Below, one piece after another: positions 29,194 to 40,807 of a stretch of DNA of 64,000 nt. The notes under the pieces were generated by a model. The model was given only the letters and a program-made list of their open reading frames with translations, was not told where the DNA came from and did not search any database. The DNA lies in contig CAVYGE010000006.1 in NCBI GenBank assembly GCA_963767985.1, positions 169-64,168 on the forward strand, written 5' to 3'. Made by a program: the position numbers and the translations under genes. This DNA is from an uncultured Chloroflexia bacterium (lineage in GTDB: Bacteria; Chloroflexota; Limnocylindria; QHBO01). The number at the start of each line of letters is the position of its first letter. The stretch's first letter is position 1.

Positions 29194-31247
29194 ATGTTCG
29201 ACACGCTCACCGACGAGCAGCGGGTGGCCGCGACGTACGACGGCGGGCACCTCCTCGTCGTGGCCGGCGCCGGCACCGGCAAGACCACCGCGCTCGCGGC
29301 CCGGCTGGCCCACCTCGTCGCCAGCGGCGTCGACCCGGGACGCATCCTGCTGCTCACGTTCAGCCGGCGGGCCGCGGCCGAGCTGCTGCGCCGGGCCGAG
29401 CAGACCGCAGCGGCGCGCGACGTCGCCGGCGGGCGTGGGGCGGCACCTTCCACGCCGTCGCCAACCGGCTCCTGCGGCTCCACGGCGCGCGCGCTCGGGC
29501 TCGACCCGTCGTTCACCGTGCTCGACCAGGCCGACGCCGCCGACCTGCTGGCGCTGTGCCGGGCCGAGGTCGGTCGATGGCGCCGCGCCGGGTCGGCCCG
29601 AGCCGCCGGGCCCGCAAGGACACCATGGCCTCGATCCTGTCGCGCGTGCGTCAACACCCGCACGCCGCTGTCGGCCGTGCTCGGCCCGGCACTACCCGTG
29701 GTGCCGCGAGGAGCGCGACGAGCTGCAGCGCCACCTTCGCCGCCTACACCGCCCGCAAGCGGGCGCACCAGGTGCTCGACTACGACGACCTGCTCCTGTG
29801 CTGGGCCGCGCTGCTCGCGCGTGCCCGAGGTCGCCGGCGGCGATCGCCGGCCGCTTCGACCACGTGCTCGTCGACGAGTACCAGGACACCAACGCGCTCC
29901 AGGCCGACATCCTCGAGCGGCATGGCCGGCGCCGGCGCCACGCATCACCGCGGTCGGCGACGACGCCCAGGCCATCTACGGGTTCCGGGCCGCCACGGTC
30001 GCGCAACATCCTCGACTTCCCGGAGCGCTTCGGCGCCGACGTGGTGCTGCTCGAGCGACAACCACCGCTCGACCCGCCGATCCTCGCCACCGCCAACGCC
30101 GTGCTCGCGCGAGCCGCGCGAGCGCCACCCGAAGGAGCTGTGGTCGACCCGGCCCGCCGGCCCCCGGCCCGCGCTGGTCGCCTGCGCCGACGAGGGCGAC
30201 CAGTCCGCCGAGGTGTGCGCCCGCATCCTCGAACGCCACGAAGCGGGGCGTCGCGCTGCGCGACCAGGCGGTGCTGTTCCGCACCGGCCACCACAGCGAC
30301 CTGCTCGAGCTCGAGCTGTCGGCGCCGCCGCATCCCGTTCGTGAAGTACGGCGGCCTGAAGTTCCTCGAGGCCGCCCACGTCAAGGACCTCGTGTCGCTG
30401 CTGCCGGCTCGTCGAGAACCCGCGCGACGAGCTGGCCTGGTTCCGCGTGCTGCAGCTGCTCGACGGCGTCGGCCCGGCCACCGCGCGCCGAGTCATCGAC
30501 GCGCTCGGGCTCGCATCGGCGACGCGCCGCTGCGCCCGTTGCCGCCCTCGACGGCGCTGCCCGGCCTGCCGGCCGGCGCCGCCGATCTCGCCGCCGCGCT
30601 CGCCGACGCCGCCGGCCGTCGTGCCCGGGCGGCCGGAGCGCAGGTCGAGCGCGTGCGCGTCTGGCTCGACCCGCTCGTCGAGCGCCGCTACGGCGACGCC
30701 GCGGCCCGCCTCGCCGACCTCGACGCCCTCGGCAGGCCGCGGCCGCGGCGCCGAGCCTCGAGCGCTTCCTGGTCGAGCTCACCCTCGACCCGCCCGCGTC
30801 CACCGGCGACCTCGCCGGGCCGCCCGCACCTCGACGACGACTACCTCACGCATCTCCACCATCCACTCGGCCAAGGGCGGCGAGTGGGACGGTCGTGCAC
30901 CTGCTCCACGTCGCCGACGGCAACCTCCCGTCCGACCTGGCCACCGGCGACGCCGACGAGCGTCGAGGAGGAGCGCCGGCTGCTCTACGTCGCCGTCACC
31001 CGGGCCCGGGACGAGCTGCACTGCCACGCGCCGCTGCGCTACCACCACCGCCGCCCGCGGCCGCGACGACGCCCACAGCTACGCCCAGCCGAGCCGATTC
31101 CTCACCGAGCCGGTGCTGGCGACGTTCGATCGCGTGCAGCATGGTCGCCCGCTCGCCCCGGCCGACGAACCCGCGCTTTCGGGTGTTTCCGCACGCTCCG
31201 GCATGGCCGCAGTCGATATCGCGCTGAACGCGTTGTGGGAGGGATAG
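29194..31247 (+). CDS. UvrD/Rep-family ATP-dependent DNA helicase (many frame breaks)
   Basis: ATG 29194. Walker A VVAGAGTGKTT, LTFSRRAAAEL, motif II VLVDEYQDTNALQADIL, ..AIYGFRAATV.., ..VLFRTGHHSDLLELEL.., ..TIHSAKGGEWD.., EERRLLYVAVTRARDEL, spread over three frames. Confidence 0.8.
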
Positions 31248-31390
31248 GTCATTCGGCCCATTCGGGTTAGCGCTCGTTGACACTGGCGACGAGCGTCGCC
31301 CACGATGGCGGCACCGGGGCGGAGTTCCGGTGGCGGGCTGGCGTTGCAGTGGTGGGCGCCGGACCGTCGGCGGACGGGGAAGGCGGAGTC

Positions 31391-34300
31391 ATGGGCAAGG
31401 GTTTCCGACGCGCGTCGTGCGTGTCGCGCTCATTGGCGCGATCGTCGCATCGGGCGTGGTCGGTCTTCCGGCCCTGCCGGCGCACGCCGGTCCAGTTCAG
31501 CGTGACGACGGGTCAGACCGCGCACGACGCTGACGACCGCGCTGACGGTGGTGGCGTCACCATCTCCGGCGCGACGTACACCGGCGCGACGATTGCCGCC
31601 GGCCGTTCACCGGCGGCGACACCGTGCCGGGCGGGCAGCTCGGGTTCCCCAGCGGCATCGTCCTTGGCTCGGGTCGGGTCAGCGGTGGGTCCGGCTGTTC
31701 CAAGGGCGTCGAGGGTCCGAACGTGTGCACGCAACAACACCACGGACAACCCGGGCGGTGGCGACGCCAACCTCAACGCGCTCATTGCGCCCCGCAGCAC
31801 GTTCGATGCTGCGGTGCTCCAGTTCAACTTCGTGCCCGAGTTCAACCTCATCCGCTTCGACTACGTCTTCTCCTCCGACGAGTACAACGAGTACGCGAAC
31901 ACGGAGTTCGACGACGTGTTCGGGTTCTTCGTCAACGGCGTCAACTGCGCGACCGTGCCCGGCTCCGTCCGCCCCAGCGGGTGTCGATCAACACGATCAA
32001 CGGCGGCAACATCGGTGGCACCGGTAGCGCCACACCGGTGAACCCGGCGCTCTACCGGAACAACTCCAACGCCGTCGGCGGGCTCATTCAACACGGAGAT
32101 GGACGGCCTCACGGTCGTGCTCACCTGCACGGCCAACGTGAACCCCGGCGTGACGAACACGATGAAGCTGGCGATCGCTGACGCGTCCGACAGCACACTC
32201 GACTCGAACGTGTTCATCAAGGGCGGCAGCTTCCAGAGCGTCTCGTCGGTGTCGACTGCGCTTACGGGCACCGGTGTGTCCACCGCAACGGCGACCGGTC
32301 AGAGCATCACGGTGCCCCTCGGCACGACCGTGACCGACCGCGCCACGATCGGCGGACCTGGTGGCAACACTGCGACCGGAACCGTGACCTTCCGCGTGTA
32401 CGGGGACTCCGCCTGCGCAACGACGGCAACCGTCGTGGGCGCGGCCAAGACCGTGACGGCGGGCGTGTCGGCACCGTCTGACCCGTTCACGCCGCCGAGC
32501 ACCGGCACCTTCTACTGGACGGCGCAGTACAGCGGCGACGGCACGCACCTCGGCTCCGACGAGCGCGTGCGACGAGATCCTCACGGTCGTGAAGCGGCCG
32601 ACGTCGACCACCTATACCGGTCCCAGCTCAGGCGCATTTGGCAGCACGGTGAGCCTGAGTGCCACGCTGCGCGACACCACGGGCGGTGGCACCGCCGCGC
32701 TCGCGGGCAAGCCGCTCACGCTCACAATCGGCTCGCAGTCGTGCACGACCCCCAACACGAACGCCGCGGGCTCGGCCTCGTGCAACATCACGCTGAACCA
32801 GGCCGCAGGCAGCTACACCGTCCTGTCCTCGTTCGCCGGTGACGCCACGTACGCGGGTAGCAGCGACAGCGATCCGTTCACGATCGGCCTCGCCACCACG
32901 ACCATCGTCTACGACGGCGCCACGTCGGGCTTCACGCTCAACCCCGCCAACATGGCGGCCACACTCACGTCCGGCGGCAGCCCGCTGTCAGGCAAGCCAG
33001 TCACGCTGACCTTCGCCGGTGGCACATCGTGCACCGCCACCACTGACGGCTCAGGACACGCTGCCTGCGCGGTCACGCCGGCTCAGCCGGCCGGCACCTA
33101 CTCGGTGAGCGCCTTCTTTCCCGGCGACGGCAGCTACGCGGTTGCGACGTCGGCCCCCGCGACCTACACCCTCATCCGGCGCCCGACCACCACCACCTAC
33201 ACCGGCCCGGCAGCCGGTGACGCCGGGGACTCGGTCACCTTCAGCGCCACACTCAGGGACGTCACCGCCGGCGGACCCGGGGTTGCCCTCGCGGGCAAGG
33301 CGCTGACGTTCACGTTGGGGCTCCAGTCGTGCACGACGGGCCTGACCAACGCGTCCGGCAGCGCCTCGTGCTCGTTCGTGCTCAATCAGTCGGTCGGCTC
33401 GCACGTCGTCGTGTCGAGCTTCGCGGGCGACGGCTTCTACTCCGCGAGCACCCACTCCACCCCGTTCATCGTCACCGCGGACGCCACGGTGATCGTGTAC
33501 GACGGCCAGCTCTCCGGATTCGTGCTCAACCCGTTCACCCTGGCCGCCACCCTGACGGACGCGGACAACAACGCGCCGATCGGCGGTGCGAGCGTCACGC
33601 TCACGTTCAACAGCACGAGCTGCTCCGCGACGACGAACGCGGCCGGGCGGGCCACCTGCACCATCACGCCCGCCGAGACGGCGGGCTCGTACCCGGTGTC
33701 GGCGGCGTTCGCGGGCGACGGCGTCCACGCCCCCGCGACCAGCACCACGACCGCCACGCTCAACGCGCGGCCCACCGCGGTGACCTACAGCGGACCAGCC
33801 TCTGGCGCGGTCGGCGCCTCGGTCACGATGAGCGGTGACCTTGTCGATCTCAGCGGCCTCCCTGTTCCCCTCTCGGGTGAGGCCGTGTCGTTCACCATCG
33901 GCACGCAGTCGTGCTCAGGCACAACCAACGCGGCCGGGCACGCCACCTGCGTGCTGACGCTCACGCAGACCGCAGGCTCGTACTCGGTGGCCACCGCCTT
34001 CGGCGGCGTGCCTGGCGTCTACACCGCGAGCAGCGACTCCGATCCGTTCACGATCGTCAAGGGCACGCCGACGATCACCTACGACGGCGACACCAGCGCG
34101 TACTACGCCGAGGCACCGACCTACGCGGCCACACTCCTCGGTGCCAACGGCACCCCCATCGTCGGTGCGACCGTCCGCTTCGAGTTCGGTGGCTTCCCCG
34201 GAACGGAGCTCTGTACAGCCACCACCACCGCGACGGGCCGCGCGACCTGCGCCGGCAACCCCGCGGTGGAGTTCTATCCGGCGGGCCAAACCGTGTTCGC

Positions 34301-37300
34301 CATGTTCGCGGGCAACGCCTCGTACAACGGGGCGAGCGACACCGAGGCGTTCACGTGGCTGCGGCGCCCGACGGCGCTGACCTACGAGGGAGACCTCGCG
34401 GGCGACTTCGGTGACTCGGCCTCGATGGTGGCTCACCTGGTCGATGTGCGCTCCGGCCACGGCATCCAGTCGTGGACCGTCGAGTTCACACTCGGATCGC
34501 AGGCCTGCGACAGCTCCACCGGCGGCGATGCGCGGGCGCGCTGCGCCATCGTGCTGAACCAGACACCCGGGACCTACCCGCTCGTGGCCAGCTTTGGCGG
34601 GAGCCCCAAGTACGTCGAGAGCAGCGACACCGAGCAGTTCACCATCACGGCCGAGGACGTCGTGCTCACCTACAACGGCGACACCGAGGCGTTCCTGCTC
34701 GACCCGGTGACGCTCGCAGCAACGCTCACCGACTCGGACTCGCCGCAGGGGATTGCCGGCCAGCTCGTGTCGTTCACCTTCGACGGCGCATCGGCCTGCA
34801 CCGACACGACTGACGCGGCGGGGCATGCCTCCTGCGGGTACACGCCGACCGCCGGGGCCGGGAACCACACCGTGCTGGCGTCGTTCGGCGGCAGCCCGGT
34901 CTACAACGCCGACAGCGATTCCGCGGTGCTGCTGCTGAAGAAGCGTCCGACCGCACTCGCCTACAACGGCGCCACGAGCGGCGATTTCTCCGACTCCGTG
35001 ACCTTGTCGGCCACGCTGACCGACGTCCCATCCGGTGGCAGCGCGGTCGCGGGCAAGTCGGTCGTCTTCACGCTTGGAACCCAAGCGTGCGTGGGAACGA
35101 CGAACGGGAGCGGCAAGGCCTCGTGCTCCCTCACGCTGAACCAGTCCGCCGGCTCCAAGTCGCTCACCGCGGCGTTCGCCGGTGACGCGATCTACCTGGC
35201 GAGCAACGCGTCGGGCACCTTCGTCATCAACGTGGAGACCGCGGGCCTCACGTATGACGGCGACGTCTCGGCCTATCTGCTCGAGCCAGTGACCCTCTCG
35301 GGGACGCTGATCGACGGTGACTCCGGCGACCCGATCGTCGGTGAGACGGTGACGTTCAGCATCGCCGCCACGGACACGTGCAGCGGCACGACCAACGCTT
35401 CGGGTCATGCGACGTGCTCGCTCACACCGACCCTCCCGGCCGGTCCGCACACCGTCGCCTCGACGTTTGCGGGGAACGGATCGTTCGCCCCCGCGAGCGA
35501 CAGCGACACCATCACGCTGCTCAAGCGACCGACCGTCATCAACTACGACGGCGACACGTCGGGCGACTTCTCCGATGCGGTGACCCTGTCGGCCACGCTG
35601 GCCGATATCCGAAGCGGGGGCCCGCTCGCCGGCAAGCCGGTGACGCTCACCCTCGGCTCGCAGAGCTGCACGGCCACCACCAACATTGCCAGCCAGGCCA
35701 GCTGCTCGATCACGCTCAACCAGCCCGCAGGCGTGTACACGGTGTCGGCCTCCTTCGCCGGTGACGCGGTGTACGTCGCCTCGACAGACAGCACGCCGTT
35801 CGAGATCCGGCACGAGGCCGCTGTGCTCAGCTACGACGGCGACACCAGTGCCTTCCTGGCGGAGCCCGTGACGCTGTCGGCGACGCTCACCGACTCGGAC
35901 TCTCTCGCACCGGTCGTGGGACGGCCGGTCGTGTTCACGGTCGGCGGCTCGGCGGCGTGCTCGGGCACGACGGACGGCGCAGGCAAGGCCGCGTGTGTCT
36001 ACACGCCGTCCACCGGCCCCGGCGCCGGACCGTGGGCGATCGTCGCCTCGTTCGCCGGCGACGGCTTCTACAGCGCCACCAGCGATAGCGCGACGTTGAA
36101 CCTCGTGCTCCGCCCGACCGACCTCGTCTATGACGGGGACACCGCCACGCAGTTTGGCGACGTGACCGTTCTTGCGGCCACGCTGACCGACCGTCGCACC
36201 GGCTTGCCGCTTTCGGGCCAGCCCGTGTCGTTCGACAGCGCCGGCGGAAGCTGCACCGCGACGACGGATGCAAGCGGACGTGGAGTGTGCGTCGTTGTGT
36301 GGAGCGAGCAGGCCGGCAGCTACGCGGTCGACGCGAACTTCGTGCCGCCCAGCGGCTCGATCCATGCTGCCTCGTCGGCGTCGTCGACGATCGTCGCGAC
36401 CGCCGACGACGTGTCGATCGTCTACGACGGCGACACCAGCGCGTTCCTCCGAGCCCGCGACCCTGTCGGCCACCGTGACCGAGACCGACTCCGGTGATCC
36501 GGTGCCGGGCCGCTCCGTGACGTTCACGTTTGATGGCGCTCCTGCGTGCTCGGCGACGACCGACTTCGACGGCAAGGCATCGTGCGTCACGACGCCCTCG
36601 GCGCCCGCCGGCGTCCACACGGTCGAAGCCACGGCCGCGGCGGACGGGTTCTTCGGCGGCGCGACCGCCAGCGAGTCGTTCACGCTGGTGAAGCGGCCGA
36701 CGACGATCACCTACGACGGCGACACGACCGCCAACACCACCGACTCGGCCACGTTGTCGGCGACGTTGCTCGACGAGCGTCTCAACGCTCCGCTCAGCGG
36801 ACGAACCGTGACCTTCATACTCGGCACTCAGTCGTGCGTTGGAGTCACTGATGCGGTTGGGCACGCATCGTGCACGATCACCATCAACCAGGCTCCGGGG
36901 AACCCGGCGGTGATCGCCGAGTTCGCCGGCGATGCCACCTACGTCGCCAGCAGCGACGCTGACAAGTTCTTCATCACCAAGGAGCAGTCGGCCGTGGACC
37001 TCACCGTCCCGCCCGTGGTGCTCATCGGCGATCCGGTGCCGATGTCGGCCGGGCTGGTCGACGGCGACTCGGGCTCGCCGATCGTCGGCGCGACGCTCGT
37101 GTTCACCCTCGCCGGTGAGACGTGCTCGGGTGTCACGGATGCGCATGGCGTGGCGGCCTGCACCGTGACCCCCCACGAGCCGGTCGGCACGTATCCGGCC
37201 GTCGTCACGTTCGACGGCAACGTGCTGTTCACCGCCACGAGCGACACCGAGCCGGTCGTGATCCGCAAGCGGCCCACCACACTCACCTACGACGGCGCAA

Positions 37301-38686
37301 CCAGCGGCGACTACTCCGACCTGGTGAGCTTGGGTGCGACGCTCATCGACGCCGCGACGGGCACGCCGGTCGCGGGCGCGCCGGTGACGCTCACGCTCGG
37401 GCTGCAGTCGTGCAGCGGTACCACCGACGCGGGCGGTCGGGCGACATGCTCGATCACGCTGAGCCAGCCCCCGGGGTCGTACACCGTCGTCGCCACGTTC
37501 GCGACCAGCCCGGTGTACGAGGGGTCGACGGCGAGCGAGCCGTTCACCATCAACAAGGAGGCAACGTTGCTGACCTACGACGGGCAGGTGCGCTCGTACG
37601 TGGGGCAGCCCGCGGCGTTGTCGGCGACACTCGTGGACAGCGACTCTGGGGCGCCGATCGAGGGACGCTCGGTCACGCTGACGTTCGCCGGCAACGAGTC
37701 GTGCACCGCCGTGACCACCTTCACCGGCCAAGCCTCGTGCTCGGTCGTCCCGTCTGAGCCTGCGGGCACCCACACCGTGACGGCGTCCTTCGCCGGCGAC
37801 GACTTCTATACCGCGTCGTCGGACTCGGAGACCTATGACATCGACAAGTGGCCGACCGCGGTCGACTACAACGGCGACACGTCGGGCTTCCGGGGCCACC
37901 CGGCCACGATGTCCGGCGTGCTCCACGACGTCGTGCCCGGAGTCCCGCTCGCGGGAGCGACGCTCACGTTCACACTCGGCACCCAGTCGTGCAGCGGTAC
38001 GACCAACGCGAGCGGCACGGCCACATGCACCATCTCGCCCAGCGGTGGCCGCGGCGCCACGCCGGTCACGGTCGCCTACGCCGGCTCGCCGCGGTACCTG
38101 CCGTCCAGCGACACGGACAGCTTCTTCGTCCTCGTGCCGACCGAGACCGGTCGGGCGACTGTTGTCGACCTCACTGCACCCATCCTCGGGAACAAGGTCA
38201 TCTCCGATACCGGGGCGGTGCGCACCGATCAGACCGCCGTCAAGCGGGCCAACCTCGTGTCGCTGCCTGGACCGCCGCTGGCGGTCTCAGTGGCCGACGC
38301 CAGGGTCGTCACGCAGTTCGGCACGTCGTACGCAGAGGCGTCGGTGGCGTCGGTCGAGATCGGCCTTGCACTCGTGCCTGCCATCAAGCTCAAGGCCGTG
38401 GCGTCGGCGTCGACTTCGTCGTGCTCGAAGCCGTCGTCTGGCACCTCTTCGATCGGTGAGCTCGACCATCGGCACGATCAAGGTCCCGATCAGGACGGCG
38501 CCGAACGCGACGGTCGATGTCGGGCTGCTCAAGATCGTGTTCAACGAGCAGAAGCCGTTCACCACGGCCGACGGCGGGCGCGGCCTCACCGTCAACGCGG
38601 TGCACATCACCGGGTTGGGCATCGACCTGATCGTGTCGTCGGCTACCAGCGACATCCACGACTGCGTCGCCCCGCCCCGCGTCTGA
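31391..38686 (+). CDS. giant surface protein: signal peptide, choice-of-anchor-L-like head, about 20 Ig-like modules, distinct C-terminal domain (several frame breaks)
   Basis: RBS GGAAGGCGGAG precedes ATG 31391. Signal (shifted) VRVALIGAIVASGVVGLPALPAHA. Head DANLNALI..FDAAVLQFNFVPEFNLIRFDYVFSSDEYNEYANTEFDDVFGFFVNGVNCA. Uninterrupted repeat ORFs 32589-36497 and 36268 onward. C-terminus ..GLTVNAVHITGLGIDLIVSSATSDIHDCVAPPRV*. Confidence 0.8.
32280..38100 (+). repeat. about 20 tandem coding modules of roughly 95 aa (Ig-like), alternating between two subtypes
   Basis: Recurrent pattern GKxVTFTLGxQSCxxTTNxxGxAxCxxTLxQxAGxYxVxAxFAGDxxYxxSxDSxxFTI. Modules starting RPTxxTYxGxxSGDF alternate with modules starting xxxYDGDTSAF/L..EPVTL. 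Divergent at DNA level. Confidence 0.75.
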
Positions 38687-38689
38687 AGC

Positions 38690-39759
38690 CAGACGCCTCG
38701 AGACGCGCAGATTGCCCCTCGGCCTGTCACCAGTGGCAGGTCGAGGGGCGTGAGCAGTCCGGGGGCGGCGGCGCACACCGCGGGGATGGCGTTGAGGATC
38801 CGCATGGCGGTGGCGAGCAGGCCGCCATCGTTGTGGTCGCCGTTCGCCGCCTTCATGGTGAGCTCGAGCGTGTACGACGGGTCGCCCTCGACGGTGATGC
38901 GGTAGCCCTGGCCCTGCGGCCAATGCGGCGCGACGTCGGGGTGCATGCGGGTGACGTGCTCGACGATGAGCCGCGGCTCGCCGCCCACGATGCCCTGGAT
39001 CTCGAAGCGGAGCCCGGCGGTGGTGCCCTTCTCGATCGTGCCGACCGGCGTCGTGAACGTCTCGGCCGCCGGTTCGCGCTCGTGCACCTCGCGGATGCCC
39101 TCGAGCTCGACACCAAGCCCCTCGGCCATCAGGTGGACCACCCCACCCCACGCCGCGGTGAGGACACCAGGCAGCAGGATGAGCGGTGTCTCGTCGAGGG
39201 AGCCGCCGAAGCCCATCGTGTCGAAGATGACCTCGGGCTGCATGTAGGTCGAGTAGTCGAGGATCTCCATCACCCGAGCGCGGTCGACCCGGCTGCAGAA
39301 CCCGAACAGCGTGAGTGGCAGCAGGTCGTTGGCGAAACCCGGATCGATCCCGGACGTGAAGCACGACGTGCTCCCTCGCTCGCACGCGGCCTGCAGCCTT
39401 TCGACGGCCCTGCGGTCCGCCGACCCGGGGTGCACGAGCGACACGACCGAAGTCGACACCACGTTCTTGCCCGCTTCCAGCGCGAGACACATGTCGGCCA
39501 CCGCTTCGTGAGGGCGCAGGTCGCCGGTGGCGGTGTAGGACACGACGTCGGCGTCGAGGGCCAGCGCGGCGGCGACGTCGGTGGTGGCCAGCACGCCGGT
39601 GGAGGCGCCGAGCCCGCACAGCTCGGCCGCGTCCTTCCCCGCCTTCGCGTCACTGCTCACCACCAGACCCACGAGCTGAAGCTCGGGGTGCTCGATGATG
39701 GCCCGCAGCGCGAGCTGCCCCACGTTGCCGGTCGACCACTGGATCACTCGATACGCCAT
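38690..39759 (-). CDS. NAD(P)-binding oxidoreductase of the dihydrodipicolinate-reductase-N-like family; 3' end uncertain
   Basis: ATG 39759. MAYRVIQWSTGNVGQLALRAIIEHPELQLVGLVVSS... The frame stays open down to 38287, overlapping the convergent gene by 400 nt. The end set here comes only from the length I expect for this family (about 350-360 aa, from memory). Confidence 0.55.
38715..38748. terminator. 12-bp-stem hairpin 29 nt after the surface-protein stop (possible terminator for the + gene)
   Basis: CCCCTCGGCCTG-tcaccagtgg-CAGGTCGAGGGG (one mismatch). It lies inside the open frame of the convergent minus-strand gene, so its role is uncertain. Confidence 0.4.
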
Positions 39760-39802
39760 GAGAACACGTTCTAGTCGCGTCGCGAGCCATAGCCTGCACC
39801 CC

Positions 39803-40261
39803 ATGGATGAGGTCTCACTCACGATCGACGCACCGCCCGAACACCTGTGGTCGCTGATCACCGATGTCACCAACATGGGCAAGTGGAGCCCGGAGTGCGT
39901 GCGCTGCTCGTGGATCGGCGGCGCCGTGGAGCCTGCGGTCGGGGCGCAGTTCAAGGGGCACAACCGCCACGGCCTGGCCCGCTGGACGACCCAGTGCACG
40001 GTGACGGCGGCCGAGGAGCCCCGGCACTTCGAGTTCCAGGTGAAGCAGTCGGGCATGCGCTGGGGCTACCGCTTCGAGGCCGAGGGCGAGGGCACCAAGG
40101 TCACCGAGTACCGGGAGAAGACGACACCGGTGCCCTTCTACATCAAGGCGGTCCAGCGCTCTGGCCTCATCGGCCGCAACCGCGACGAGCTGATGATCGA
40201 GGGGATGCGCGCCACCCTGGAGCGGCTGAAGGCCGCGGCTGAGTCCTCGCCGCCCAACTGA
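39803..40261 (+). CDS. SRPBCC-superfamily (polyketide cyclase/START-like) protein; intact
   Basis: MDEVSLTIDAPPEHLWSLITDVTNMGKWSPECVRCSW...RHFEFQVKQSGMRWGYRFEAEGEGTKVTEY. Confidence 0.7.
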   Translation: MDEVSLTIDAPPEHLWSLITDVTNMGKWSPECVRCSWIGGAVEPAVGAQFKGHNRHGLARWTTQCTVTAAEEPRHFEFQVKQSGMRWGYRFEAEGEGTKVTEYREKTTPVPFYIKAVQRSGLIGRNRDELMIEGMRATLERLKAAAESSPPN

Positions 40262-40262
40262 G

Positions 40263-40303
40263 AGATTGGACACCAACCGCTGATGGTGAGCGGTTTGTCC
40301 AAT
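40263..40303 (+). terminator. long imperfect hairpin immediately after the SRPBCC stop
   Basis: GATTGGACAccAACCGCT-gatggtg-AGCGGTTtTGTCCAATC. No U-tract. Confidence 0.45.
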
Positions 40304-40338
40304 CCCTGCGGCGTCGGTAGCCGTGCAACAGTGACGGT

Positions 40339-40807
40339 GTGGACGACGACTGGCGCCGCATCGCACCCGCGGCACGCACCATCTGGGGGCTCACCGGGGC
40401 CGCCGCCGTCACCACCACTGGTCTCGTCCTCGCCGTGCTGGCGGCGGCGAGCGGCGCGGGCGGCGCGGGGATTGCGCTGCTCGTGCTCGCCGCCGCCATC
40501 GCCGGTGTGTGGTGGTGGGCCTCGGGCCGGCGCTGGGCGGCATGGGGCTATGCCGAGCGCGAGCGCGATCTCATGATCCGCAGAGGGGTGCTCGTGCGGC
40601 GGCTCACGATCGTCCCGTATGGCCGCATGCAGTTCGTCGATGTGCGCCAAGGTCCGCTCGCGGCGTGCGCTCGGGCTGTCGTCCGTGAAGCTCCACACGG
40701 CGGCGGCCGCCACCGACGCGGAGATCCCGCTGCTGCCCGACGCCGAAGCGGCGCGGTTGCGCGACCGGCTCACCACACTTGGCGAAACGCACGCCGCCGG
40801 CTTGTGA
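40339..40807 (+). CDS. membrane bPH2 (YdbS-like) PH-domain protein (one frame break)
   Basis: Two TM helices, then YAERERDLMIRRGVLVRRLTIVPYGRMQFVDVRQGPL, shifted tail ..LGLSSVKLHTAAAATDAEIPLLPDAEAARLRDRL. Confidence 0.7.

Noticed and set aside
31270-31310. A TTGACA hexamer inside a small hairpin (CGCTCGT..ACGAGCG) upstream of the giant surface-protein gene, as a possible promoter.
   Set aside because: The only -10 candidate at suitable spacing is CACGAT, which is poor. A single hexamer match is expected by chance.
39760-40056. An N-terminal extension of the minus-strand ORF 38287-40056, upstream of MAYRVIQW.
   Set aside because: The extension overlaps the plus-strand SRPBCC gene and has a low-complexity, Arg-rich composition. 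The Rossmann-type N-terminus begins right at ATG 39759.
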